Part shown: positions 18,206 through 27,790 of the stretch, piece by piece | Numbering within the stretch: the stretch's first letter is position 1 | Layout: the number at the start of each line of letters is the position of its first letter | NCBI GenBank assembly: GCA_963662545.2 | Contig: CAXXLL010000002.1 | Coordinates: 1,984,001 to 2,048,000, forward strand | Origin: Gammaproteobacteria bacterium | GTDB lineage: Bacteria > Pseudomonadota > Gammaproteobacteria > Ga0077536 | Length of the DNA: 64,000 bases | Direction: 5' to 3' | Notes under the pieces: model-generated | Database searches by the model: none | The model's input: only the letters and a program-made list of their open reading frames with translations | Told to the model about the DNA's origin: nothing | Translations under genes and position numbers: made by a program

Positions 18206-20743
18206 ATGGGAGATAAAACCATGTCGTACTTTAAAGGCGCTTTACAAGCGACCCTGGCTTTGCTGTTGCTGGCAGTCCTTGCCATGCCGGTACAAGCCCG
18301 CATCGTCATCGACGCGTTGGGTGGCGAACTGATAGTCGAAGGGTTTCTTAAGAGTGAAACACGCGCAAGATTGTTCGCGGGTTCGTCGCACCTCGGGCAG
18401 TGGATTCAGAAGTTCCAGGTCGAGGCAGCACTGGAATACACCGACATCGGCATTTTCGATGAACTGGCCTTCGTGGTGATCGCCCGGCCCGAGTACGACA
18501 TCGTGCAGGACATGGGCGACCTGTCCAGCAATCGCGTTGGTGACGGCACCACGCAACCCGGGCGGTCGGATCTCGACACGTTCAATTTCGCCAACGATGG
18601 CCTGGGGTTCGCGGGATTTGACTTCATCCTCGGAGGGCGCGCTGTGGCCGGTACAGGCCCCCATGTCAGCACGCATACCACGGGCGGCATCGGCAGGCTC
18701 GTGCAGCACGGGTTGGCCAACCCGAGTTTCCTCGCACAGAACTTCGAAGTCGCCTTCCAGCGGACCGCGGAAAACAACAAACCATCCAATACGAACTCTA
18801 CCTTTTTCGGAACTTCGAGCCTTGGGGCGGGGCAGTCTGCGTTTCCACTGGTCGTGCAGAAATCCTCGAACCTGAACCTGGATTGCCACCGCTGTGTCGA
18901 CCTCAACGTCGACAACCTCGACGTCGCGACGGGCAATACGGATTCGAACGGTCGCTTTTATCCTTTCCGCGAAATGTACGTGGACGGCATTATCGGCGAC
19001 TGGTGGATCCGCGTCGGCAAGCAGCAGATCGTCTGGGGCAAGACCGATTTCTTCCGCTTGCAGGACTTGATCAACCCGGTCGACTTCGGCCAGCACTTCT
19101 TCTTCGACTCCTTCGAGGACATCCGCATCCCGCAGTGGATGGCGTCGATCCAGTACAAGGCCGGTTCTATCGGGCCCTTGACCGACAACGCCTTTCAGGT
19201 GGTGTGGAATTTCGACGAGTTTCAGCCCATAGGTCTGGGCAACCCGTCCCACTTCTGGGCGCATCCGTTTTCTAAGGACACCAGTACTTTCGCGATCTTC
19301 AACACCTACTTCTCGGTAGAGCCCTGCGTGGACGCAAACACCGCCGCCGGTGGCAACGCCAACGGGCTGAATACCAACGGTACCGTGTTTGCCACGTCCG
19401 ATACCTGTGGGTCGCTGGGTCCGAACGACCCCCGTCTGCCCTCAGGCTTTGGACAGCCCGTCGGTTTGAGCCACAGCGAGCGGCCGGATTGGGATATCGA
19501 GAACACGGAAGCCGGCTTCCGCTGGGAGTTTCGTGTCAGCGATTTTCGTGTCGCCCTCTCGCACTGGTATGGCTGGGGCGACATCCCGGTATTCAAGTTC
19601 CATTCGGTCAACCTGCCGACGCGCTACATCACTGGACTGGCACCGAATGATGTGCTCATCGGCGACTTGAATGCCCTGCGCCAGGACATCAACGCGATCA
19701 ATGGTGTGCCGGCTGGCGGTGCGCCCGCCGCGTCCCCGCTCGGATTCGCGCAGGCGCGAATCGCCGCCGGCGTTCTCACGCCCTACGCGACGGGAATAGG
19801 GGGTTCAGCGGTAAATAATTCCGGCGTTTTCGGCGGCGCTGTTCTGGCCGGCGTGAATGACCCGATAGTGGTCACTACCCCGCAAATGGCCGCACGTCTG
19901 TTAGCCAACGGCGCCAATGACCCGGCACTGGCAATGGCGGCACAAAACGCTCTGGCTACCGGTAACTACCAGCCCTTGTGGAGTGGGGTGGACCCGGTGC
20001 TCGCGGGCGCCGGTGGTGCCGCGGGCGGTTATGCGCCGTTCTTCAATTGCGGATCGCAGTATGGCGGCACCTTCTGCAGCCCGGTGGCCGGCGGCCAAAC
20101 CTCCATCGTGCACGACCGGGCGCACACGGTCGGTCTCGCGGTAGACTACTTCGAGTCCTGGTCCGGTGTCGTATTGCGCATCGAGTCTTCGTGGACTTTC
20201 GATGAGCTGGTCAACAACACCCGCTCGGCCGACTGGGTCGACAACAGCGACGTCATGCGATTTTCGCTCGGTTTCGACCGTCCGACCTTCATCCCGTTCC
20301 TGAACAGGACCCGCACGTTCTTCCTCTCCCTGCAGATCTTCGATACCTGGTATTGGGATCACGAGGGCGACAAGAACACCGGGTACTTCGTCGACGAACA
20401 CAACTGGATCACGACTTTCTTCTTCCTCGCGAACTATATGCGCGACACCGTGAAACCGGTCGGGTTCTACGTGTGGGAAGAGGCTACCAACTCCCACGTT
20501 GCGGGGTTCAACGTCGAATGGCTGATCGATAACCACTGGTCCGTCAAGGGTGGTTTTCACCTCATCTGGGAAGGCGACGAGAATACGACGCATGACACCG
20601 GTCCCTTCACCAACTTCATCGCGACGGGCCCTGACTTCGTACAGGATCCATATGTGACGTCCGTCTTGGGCCTGGCGCGCGAGGGTCTCGGCGCTCTGCG
20701 CAATTACGACGAAGTGTTCTTTGAACTCAAGTACCAGTTCTGA
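18206..20743 (+). CDS. DUF1302-like outer-membrane beta-barrel protein with large insertions
   Basis: Signal peptide; REMYVD-WIRVGKQQIVWGKTDFFRLQDLINPVDF; C-terminal ELKYQF barrel signal; start could be 18221. Confidence 0.85.
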   Translation: MGDKTMSYFKGALQATLALLLLAVLAMPVQARIVIDALGGELIVEGFLKSETRARLFAGSSHLGQWIQKFQVEAALEYTDIGIFDELAFVVIARPEYDIVQDMGDLSSNRVGDGTTQPGRSDLDTFNFANDGLGFAGFDFILGGRAVAGTGPHVSTHTTGGIGRLVQHGLANPSFLAQNFEVAFQRTAENNKPSNTNSTFFGTSSLGAGQSAFPLVVQKSSNLNLDCHRCVDLNVDNLDVATGNTDSNGRFYPFREMYVDGIIGDWWIRVGKQQIVWGKTDFFRLQDLINPVDFGQHFFFDSFEDIRIPQWMASIQYKAGSIGPLTDNAFQVVWNFDEFQPIGLGNPSHFWAHPFSKDTSTFAIFNTYFSVEPCVDANTAAGGNANGLNTNGTVFATSDTCGSLGPNDPRLPSGFGQPVGLSHSERPDWDIENTEAGFRWEFRVSDFRVALSHWYGWGDIPVFKFHSVNLPTRYITGLAPNDVLIGDLNALRQDINAINGVPAGGAPAASPLGFAQARIAAGVLTPYATGIGGSAVNNSGVFGGAVLAGVNDPIVVTTPQMAARLLANGANDPALAMAAQNALATGNYQPLWSGVDPVLAGAGGAAGGYAPFFNCGSQYGGTFCSPVAGGQTSIVHDRAHTVGLAVDYFESWSGVVLRIESSWTFDELVNNTRSADWVDNSDVMRFSLGFDRPTFIPFLNRTRTFFLSLQIFDTWYWDHEGDKNTGYFVDEHNWITTFFFLANYMRDTVKPVGFYVWEEATNSHVAGFNVEWLIDNHWSVKGGFHLIWEGDENTTHDTGPFTNFIATGPDFVQDPYVTSVLGLAREGLGALRNYDEVFFELKYQF

Positions 20744-20836
20744 GGATTAGTGATAGGGAAAATAACATCTTGTTTGGCATTGCGAGCGTGATCCGGCAAC
20801 GGATTTGATCGCGGCCTGAAAGAGTTTCGAAGCGAA

Positions 20837-20871
20837 TGGCGGGGGACGCAAGGTCTCCCGCCAATTTTTTT
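20837..20871 (+). terminator. rho-independent terminator
   Basis: tggcgggggac-gcaag-gtctcccgcca stem-loop followed by a T run. Confidence 0.85.
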
Positions 20872-21029
20872 GTGACGCTTCGCGCCGATTGGGAATTCCG
20901 TCGGGCGCGACGTAAACTAGCCCCCTTACGATTGCCTGTTGCTCGGAACCTTTATCGATGCGGCGGGTCGATCAACACGAACGGGCCGTTCGGCATTGCG
21001 CTCATTACTTTTCCCGGAGGATTTTTTCC

Positions 21030-22190
21030 ATGGTAAAAAATGCATTATCGGCGACCCTCGTCCTCCTTCTGATCATGTGCGGGGAGCGGGCCATGGCGAC
21101 TGACGAGGAACGGGCCGTCCGGGATGCGGTCGAGGTTGCTCGTGAACTCCTTGAATCCGACGATTTCTATGATCAGATTGCCGGGGCCGGTACGCTGGTC
21201 GATATCGGCGACATGGAGTCGCTCCAGTTCTTGACCGATTACATGGACCACGACGACTGGTCGCTGCAGCGCGCGGCCATTGACATGATGTTGAGCGTTC
21301 AACATCCCGCCGGGCTGGACCTTATTTATCGGCTGGCGTCGATACGCACCACCGGCGTCTTTATGAAATTTCTCACCGAATCGATCGCGAGCAAGCCGCG
21401 CGAGGACATGGCCGAATTCCTGATGAATGCGCTCGTCCAAAGCCAAGACCCGTGGATCCAGCGATACACCCTGCAGGCGCTCGCACTCATGCCGGTAGAC
21501 GATAAGGAAGCGCGGATCACGGCCTTTGCCGAAGCCGAATCGACGTACGCGACAGCGCGCGCCTATGCGTACTACGTCCTGATGGATACGCCGTCGCGCG
21601 AGAAATCGCTGGCCAAGCTCATCGAAATTTCGTCGAGTGGCGACGATCCGGCCCAGGAAGCCGCGGCGATCGGCCTCGGCCTCGTCGACAACGACGAAAC
21701 AAAAGCGGCACTAGCGTACATGCGGTCCTTGAATTCTCCGACGGTACAGATCGCTGCCCTGGCGAGCGCGGCAGGGTTCGGCGTCGAAGACGCGATTGCA
21801 CAGCTGATCGATACCATTGTGAATGGCAAGGGCCTGGACAGTTCGGTGGCGGCAGCGAGTATCCGGCGCGTGCCGGCCGATATCGCAGTGCAGATCTCGG
21901 AAACACTGTTGAGCTGCTGCGAATTAGATTCGGACTCCGGGACGCGCCTGATCGAGTCGTGGGGATGGATCGACGCCGATCCTGCGAAAATCTACGCTTG
22001 GAGCCTGCGCCACGAGAATCCCGATATCCGCATGCAGGCCGTGTGGTTGGTCGGTCAGCGTGAAGACAGCGAATACCTCGATGACATCATTCCCATGCTC
22101 AAGGACGACGATTCCGGCATCAGAGGCATGGCCGCATGGTCCATCGTGCGCTTGCTCGGAGACAAGTACGACCCCGGCGTGGAAATATAG
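21030..22190 (+). CDS. exported HEAT-repeat protein
   Basis: RBS GGAGG before ATG 21030; signal peptide; HEAT-like repeats (HENPDIRMQAVWLVG, DDDSGIRGMAAWSI). Confidence 0.85.
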   Translation: MVKNALSATLVLLLIMCGERAMATDEERAVRDAVEVARELLESDDFYDQIAGAGTLVDIGDMESLQFLTDYMDHDDWSLQRAAIDMMLSVQHPAGLDLIYRLASIRTTGVFMKFLTESIASKPREDMAEFLMNALVQSQDPWIQRYTLQALALMPVDDKEARITAFAEAESTYATARAYAYYVLMDTPSREKSLAKLIEISSSGDDPAQEAAAIGLGLVDNDETKAALAYMRSLNSPTVQIAALASAAGFGVEDAIAQLIDTIVNGKGLDSSVAAASIRRVPADIAVQISETLLSCCELDSDSGTRLIESWGWIDADPAKIYAWSLRHENPDIRMQAVWLVGQREDSEYLDDIIPMLKDDDSGIRGMAAWSIVRLLGDKYDPGVEI

Positions 22191-22314
22191 GCAGACGCCG
22201 CGTTGCGGTCCGAATCCTGACGGCGAACCAGAAGAGCGCGGACCGCGGCGCGGGCGTTTTGCCGCGGCAGCGATCAGGGCTCATGCAGAAAAATAGAAAA
22301 TAACAGCAAGATAA

Positions 22315-22415
22315 AACCACGAAGAACACAAAGAACACGGAGGGAAGAAAGAAAATGACCTTGTACATGCCATATTTTACTTTTTTGCTCCGTGTTCTTT
22401 GCGTTCTTCGTGGTT
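22315..22415. repeat. 28-bp inverted repeat with 9-bp internal periodicity
   Basis: aaccacgaagaacacaaagaacacggag (22315-22342) vs ctccgtgttctttgcgttcttcgtggtt (22388-22415), 27/28, around an AT-rich spacer. Confidence 0.85.
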
Positions 22416-22438
22416 CACTGCGATTGGTTTTGGGAACT

Positions 22439-23719
22439 GTGGGTTTACGGACTAAGCTATGCGCCCTGGCCTTTCTCATCTGGACCGCGGCCGGGCAGGC
22501 CGGGGACTTCGATTTCGATGTCGCCGAAGCAATGGAACTTTCACCGCCGCCGGGTACCGTGATCTCGAGCGATAATCTGGAACAGGCGGCCCAATTGCTG
22601 GACCCCGATTTCGCCGAATTAATAGCTCAGGGCTGGCTGACGATCACCGTCGGTGAGCCCATCTCATTTGATCCGCACCCGGCATACATCCAGGCGACAG
22701 AGCGCTACGGGGCAAACACCCAGCTCGGCGCTAATCCGGGTGAGTTGATCAATTACGTCGCCGGGCGGCCATTCCCTGGTGAGCTATCGACCAGCGATCC
22801 GCGCGCGGGCGAGAAACTCGCCTTGAACATGCGTTACGCCTACGCCGGCGACGGCGGAATAATTCCGGAAATGTACTGGCATTACCGCGACATGCGCAGC
22901 CAGCGGATAGAGCGGGTGCTCGAATTTGAGGCTGCGCAAATGCGCTTCATGCACCGCCATGTGATCGAACCCACACCCGAACTCAAGAACAACACCTACA
23001 AAGTCTATAGCGCCATCACCCTGACAGCCTTGGAACCCGGAGACGTTCGCCATACAAAGCTGATGATTTTCTACAACAGTGACGACAACGCCGAAGAACA
23101 AGGCTGGATGTACGTCCCACTCCTGCGGCGCGTGCGCCGCGTCGCGACGACCATGCGCACCGATTCATTTCTCGGCAGCGACATCATGATCGAAGATTTC
23201 CTCGGCTATAGCGGGCGCATCAAGGACATGGAGTGGAGCTTCGGCGGCACGCGGTACATCCTGCTGCCCATGTACCGTCACGATCAGATCGAGGTATCCG
23301 ATAAGAAGGCGCGGCGTTACGACCACCACTTCGTGGACTTTGAAGGGCATTCAGGATGTTTTCCGAAAGTCACCTGGCAGGTACGCAAGGTCTATATACT
23401 CGAAGGGACGCCCAAGCGCTCCGATCACCCATTATCTAAACGGTTCTTCTATGTCGACGCGCAGACGCTCGCACCGGTATTCGGCAAGGTCTACGACCGC
23501 GGTGGCGTTCTGTGGAAATATCTCATGGCCGGCCTGGCGCACCCCGACTCGCATCTGGAACAAAATTACGGCAGCGGCGTTCCCATGTTCGATTCATCCG
23601 CCGTGATCGATGTCCAGAACATGCATTGCACGACCCTGCAGATGATCACTCTCGCCAATATGCCCAAGATGAAGCAACGTGATTTCGAACCGTCGTCGCT
23701 CAATGTGGGTGCCCGCTGA
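22439..23719 (+). CDS. DUF1329-family periplasmic (LolA-like) protein
   Basis: NYVAGRPFP, DPRAGEK, WMYVPLLRRVRR, VYDRGGVLWK; GTG 22439 preferred because the ORF-track start 22355 lies inside a repeat. Confidence 0.88.
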   Translation: MGLRTKLCALAFLIWTAAGQAGDFDFDVAEAMELSPPPGTVISSDNLEQAAQLLDPDFAELIAQGWLTITVGEPISFDPHPAYIQATERYGANTQLGANPGELINYVAGRPFPGELSTSDPRAGEKLALNMRYAYAGDGGIIPEMYWHYRDMRSQRIERVLEFEAAQMRFMHRHVIEPTPELKNNTYKVYSAITLTALEPGDVRHTKLMIFYNSDDNAEEQGWMYVPLLRRVRRVATTMRTDSFLGSDIMIEDFLGYSGRIKDMEWSFGGTRYILLPMYRHDQIEVSDKKARRYDHHFVDFEGHSGCFPKVTWQVRKVYILEGTPKRSDHPLSKRFFYVDAQTLAPVFGKVYDRGGVLWKYLMAGLAHPDSHLEQNYGSGVPMFDSSAVIDVQNMHCTTLQMITLANMPKMKQRDFEPSSLNVGAR

Positions 23720-23773
23720 ACGGCCAAAGACAGCAACAACAACCGTCGTCAATCCGAATTGGAGGAATTAATC

Positions 23774-24679
23774 ATGGCGAGCCCACAAGCAAATGCAATC
23801 AAGGATCTTTACCGGCATTGGGTTGAGGCGATGGCCGCTAATCCCGAAATGACACTCGACGAAATGCGCGATTTGTTCGATGCCTGGGGTGATATTACGG
23901 GCGAACCGGGCGGCGTCGATTACATCGAGGTCGATGCGGGCGGCGTACAGGCGATGTGGGCCGTGCCCAAGGGCTGCCATGAGGATCGCGTTGCCCTGTG
24001 CACCCACGGCGGCGGCTATGTCGTCGGCTCGATGTACACCCACCGCAAGATATTCGGTCATATCGCGAAGGCCGTCGGCTGCAAGGCTTTGATTCTCCAT
24101 TACCGCCGGGCGCCCGAGCATCCGCATCCGGCACAGGTCGAAGATTCCGTCACCGCTTACGGCTGGCTGCTGGACCAGGGCTACAAACCCGAGCACATTT
24201 TCACGACAGGCGATTCCGCTGGCGGCGCACTGTGCACTTCGGTATTGCTCGGCATCCGGGACAAGGATTTGCCCCTGCCAGCCGCTTCCTTGCCAATGTC
24301 GCCCTGGTACGACCTCGAGGGTACGGGTGAAACCCTGAAGACCAACGCGGACAAGGACTGCCTGGTGCAAAAGGAAGTACTCCAGGGGATGGCAGGCATG
24401 TTTCTCGGCGACGCCTCGAGCAAAGATCCGCTCGCGAATCTGCTCTACGCCGACTTGTCCGGCCTGCCGCCTATCTATATCCAGGTCGGCGGTGACGAAA
24501 CCCTGTTGGACGATTCGTTGCGGTTCGAGAAAAAGGCCAAGGCGGCCGGCGTGGATGTCAAGGTCGACGTCAGTCCGGAAATGCAGCACGTGTTCCAGTT
24601 CATGGCCGGCAAGGCGCCGGAAGCGGACGACGCCGTGCAGAAAATGGCTGCCTGGGTCAAACCGCAGCTGGGCCTGTAA
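23774..24679 (+). CDS. HSL-family alpha/beta hydrolase (monoterpene epsilon-lactone hydrolase-like esterase)
   Basis: HGGGY, YRRAPEHP, GDSAGG, EMQHVF; RBS GGAGG. Confidence 0.92.
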   Translation: MASPQANAIKDLYRHWVEAMAANPEMTLDEMRDLFDAWGDITGEPGGVDYIEVDAGGVQAMWAVPKGCHEDRVALCTHGGGYVVGSMYTHRKIFGHIAKAVGCKALILHYRRAPEHPHPAQVEDSVTAYGWLLDQGYKPEHIFTTGDSAGGALCTSVLLGIRDKDLPLPAASLPMSPWYDLEGTGETLKTNADKDCLVQKEVLQGMAGMFLGDASSKDPLANLLYADLSGLPPIYIQVGGDETLLDDSLRFEKKAKAAGVDVKVDVSPEMQHVFQFMAGKAPEADDAVQKMAAWVKPQLGL

Positions 24680-24775
24680 GGCCCGCGATCGGCATGCTTT
24701 TGATCGAATCGAACGCGACCGATTGAACCGGGGCGGCGAATGCCGTCCCGGGACGGATGACGCTAAAGCGCCAAC

Positions 24776-25558
24776 ATGGACAACAAGGATTATGACCCGC
24801 GCGAACTCTTTGACCTGACCGGCAAACGCATCTTCATCACCGGCGCCTCGATGGGTCTGGGCAAGCGTTTCGCTTGGACGCTGGCACGCGCCGGCGGTGA
24901 AGTCATACTTGCAGCCCGCAGCGAAGACAAGCTCAAGGAACTGGGTGCAACCATTGCCGCGTTCGGCGGCCGTTTTGAAATCACCAAGCTGGACGTTCGA
25001 GATCGGGATGCCATTCGCCGCTGCATCGATGGCGTGGAGAATGAAGGTCCCATCGACGTACTCGTCAATAATGCGGGTGTCGCCATCGTCGGAGCGCCCG
25101 AAAATTACGCGGACGATGACTGGGACCAGGTCTACGAAACAAATCTGCGCGCGCCGTGGACGCTGGCCCAGGCCGTGATCAAACATCGTGTCGTAGATGG
25201 AAGGCCTTGCAGTATCGTGAATATCGCCTCGGTCCTAGGGTTCCGACCGCTCGGCCACATCGCGCCCTATGCGGCAGCCAAGGCCGGCCTGATCAATCTC
25301 GGGCGGGAACTGTGCGTGGATCTCGCGCACAAGGGCATCCGTATCAACGCACTCGCACCGGGTTACTTTGAAACGGAAATGAACCGCGATTGGCTCAAAT
25401 CTGACGCCGGCGAACGCCTGCGGCAACGCATTCCGACCGGGCGCTTCGGGCAGCCGGAAGATCTCGACGGCGCCATCCTGTTTCTTGCCTCGGACGCGTC
25501 GCGCTTCATGAACGGCAACGTAATCGTCGTCGACGGCGGGCACAGCGCCGGATTGTAA
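24776..25558 (+). CDS. SDR family oxidoreductase
   Basis: TGASMGLG, NNAG, YAAAK. Confidence 0.93.
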   Translation: MDNKDYDPRELFDLTGKRIFITGASMGLGKRFAWTLARAGGEVILAARSEDKLKELGATIAAFGGRFEITKLDVRDRDAIRRCIDGVENEGPIDVLVNNAGVAIVGAPENYADDDWDQVYETNLRAPWTLAQAVIKHRVVDGRPCSIVNIASVLGFRPLGHIAPYAAAKAGLINLGRELCVDLAHKGIRINALAPGYFETEMNRDWLKSDAGERLRQRIPTGRFGQPEDLDGAILFLASDASRFMNGNVIVVDGGHSAGL

Positions 25559-25565
25559 ATCCGAA

Positions 25566-25587
25566 ATTCGCCCGTTTGCGGGCGAAT
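25566..25587. terminator. hairpin between convergent genes (terminator or degenerate REP)
   Basis: attcgcccg-tttg-cgggcgaat. Confidence 0.5.
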
Positions 25588-25614
25588 CAACGCCCGATAT
25601 GCCTGCAACCCCAA

Positions 25615-26637
25615 CTACAACGCCCACAACACAAGACGCCAATCGAGCACCGCGCTTTCCTCGTATTCAGCCGTATCTGCATTCGCGCGCCGGGCGAAAC
25701 TCTCGGCGCGCAACTCACAAAGGTCGCCGCCGCCGTTGACGGCTTCCCGCCTGACCAGGGTGAACTCCGTGCGGATGATGTCCTCTTCAAGCACCGGACC
25801 GAGATGATCGCAGCCCTGCCAGCCTATCAAGGTGACGATATTCGGCATCGCGCGGCTGATCTGAGCGAGGGCGAGCGAAATCGTGTGTCCACCGTTGACC
25901 AGACGTTTGCCGAGATAACTCCGCGAAGCATCGGTATGGGTAAACGCGATGTTGCCGGTCATACGCACCAGTTCCGGAGCACAGGTGACCGTGTCCCGCG
26001 GCGCGATCGTAACCTTATCGCCCGCTGCAAACACCAGCGCCGGCACGTTAAAACGCTCCGGCGCTAAGGGCCTGAGGTCCCAATTCGACGGAATCGCCGC
26101 ACCTAATTGAACATCATCCAGCGCCTCCGGTATCCAGTCGAAGGAATCATCAGCACCCGTTTCGACTTGTGGATCGCGGCAGAGAATCATCGGGCAGCGC
26201 CAGTACTTCATGACGCACTCGCCATCGGCATTCGAGGTTTCCATTTCCAGCGCAAGCATGCCGGTTGCGGCCCGGCCCGGTTTCACCCGGTTCTGGCGTA
26301 GGCCCACTACTTTGGTCACGGTCTCGAGCGTGTCACCGATGAACACCGGCTTCAGCAGTAACAAACCGCGATAGAAGAGATTTCCCTTGACGTGCTGGGA
26401 GACGAAAGTCGTCTGGCCGTTGACCAGATTGATCACCAGCATCGGGTGTACCAGCGGTCTTTCCGAGCCAGTGACCGCACGAGACAGCACATGATCAAGG
26501 GGCAGGCGCATTCGATCGCCCGTCAGCGCCTGGTAATAAACGGCGTGACCTTCAGTCACGGTCACCGACGGCGCGCCGAAGGTCTGCCCCGTCTCGAAAT
26601 CCTCGAAATAGGGACCGTCGATGCGATGCGTGGTCAT
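25615..26637 (-). CDS. double hot-dog MaoC-like acyl-CoA (de)hydratase
   Basis: GPYFEDF, NLFYRGL-PVFIGDTL, second domain HTD-RLVNGGH; start moved to 26637 because the longer ORF runs through a REP. Confidence 0.85.
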   Translation of the reverse strand: MTTHRIDGPYFEDFETGQTFGAPSVTVTEGHAVYYQALTGDRMRLPLDHVLSRAVTGSERPLVHPMLVINLVNGQTTFVSQHVKGNLFYRGLLLLKPVFIGDTLETVTKVVGLRQNRVKPGRAATGMLALEMETSNADGECVMKYWRCPMILCRDPQVETGADDSFDWIPEALDDVQLGAAIPSNWDLRPLAPERFNVPALVFAAGDKVTIAPRDTVTCAPELVRMTGNIAFTHTDASRSYLGKRLVNGGHTISLALAQISRAMPNIVTLIGWQGCDHLGPVLEEDIIRTEFTLVRREAVNGGGDLCELRAESFARRANADTAEYEESAVLDWRLVLWAL

Positions 26638-26689
26638 CTCGGATTCTTCGCTGTCACCATGGCGTTCGAATTTCGGCGCGGCGGATGCT

Positions 26690-26752
26690 TGTAGGCGCCC
26701 GCTCGCGGGCGAGCCGGCCGGGGCCCCATTCGCCGGCAAGCCGGCTCCTACA
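26690..26752. repeat. GTAG-type REP doublet (REPIN-like)
   Basis: tgtaggcgcccgctcgcgggcga ... tcgccggcaagccggctcctaca in inverted orientation. Confidence 0.8.
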
Positions 26753-26793
26753 TCTGGTTTCTCCAGGAAGGGGCCAAGATCTTCGAAAACAAA

Positions 26794-27729
26794 TCACCTA
26801 ATCGCTATCGGATTGATGATCATCTGGACGGTACCCGTCATGCGCGCCGGCCCAAGCACGAACATGAATTCATACGCCTTGTCGGCGGCGAGTTCCCGCG
26901 TATCCATGTTTTCGAGAATGTAAATACCGGCGTAAGTGATGAGGATCTGGTGCACCTTGTAGAGCACATTCTCCGTTTCGGGCGGTAACACTTCGAGACC
27001 CCAGGTGTCGGCGCCGACCGCCATCACGTCTTTCTCGACGAGGTACTCGGCACCGCTGATGCCGAGACCCGGTTCCGCCTTGCCGAACCGCACCGGATCA
27101 GACTCGATGATTTCCAGCCATCCGGAATGGAACAGCACGACGTCACCTTTCTCGATGCTTACACCCTGTTTCTTTTCACACGCAGCTATGTCTTCGCGCG
27201 TGTAGGGCGTGCCTTCCGGCAGCATGTCTTTACCCATGCAGCTCGCCATATTGAGCAGGACGCCACGGGTAACAATCGGCGGCAGGTCTTCCATGCCGAA
27301 TTTCGTCACGCCGTCGACTTTGGCGAAATCCCGGGCCAGATTGCCGTTATAGAACACGCCGTCGGTCGCTGCATGGCCCAGGCCATCGAGCTGTGAACCG
27401 ACACCGATCCAACCGGCGATGATGTCGTCGAGAAAATTGAACTTGTTTGAACCGTAGGAGTCACCGTTGTACTGATTCGGATAGACGATACGAATGTTGA
27501 ATGTCCGGGGAGGAAAGGCCGGCGTCTCGTCGTTCGTCTCGATGCCAAGACGATAAGTTTTGCCCGTCTTGATGAGCTTGGCCGCCTTCAAGGTCAGTTC
27601 CGGCCCGAGCATATTGAACGAACCCAAGGTGTCGTCTTGACCCCATTTCGAGGGCCACCATTTCTCCTCGGCGCTGGTCATGCCGGTACACGCCGATGCG
27701 ATAATCAGCATAAGCAAACGAACCATCAT
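26794..27729 (-). CDS. cyclase/kynurenine formamidase-like metallohydrolase with signal peptide
   Basis: WGQDDTLG, GSQLDGLGH, VGADTWGLE, HQIL-GIYILEN. Confidence 0.9.
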   Translation of the reverse strand: MMVRLLMLIIASACTGMTSAEEKWWPSKWGQDDTLGSFNMLGPELTLKAAKLIKTGKTYRLGIETNDETPAFPPRTFNIRIVYPNQYNGDSYGSNKFNFLDDIIAGWIGVGSQLDGLGHAATDGVFYNGNLARDFAKVDGVTKFGMEDLPPIVTRGVLLNMASCMGKDMLPEGTPYTREDIAACEKKQGVSIEKGDVVLFHSGWLEIIESDPVRFGKAEPGLGISGAEYLVEKDVMAVGADTWGLEVLPPETENVLYKVHQILITYAGIYILENMDTRELAADKAYEFMFVLGPARMTGTVQMIINPIAIR

Positions 27730-27790
27730 TGTTATCTCCCGTTGATTGACCGCGCGATTCTAACGCGAAAGGCATTCTTGTCGTTCGGGT

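Noticed and set aside
22355-22438. Extended N-terminus of the DUF1329 protein
   Set aside because: Derived from an inverted repeat; the signal peptide fits a start at 22439
23768-25186. 472-aa antisense ORF (also 18242-19264, 34002-35084, 62160-63143)
   Set aside because: Antisense shadows of well-supported genes
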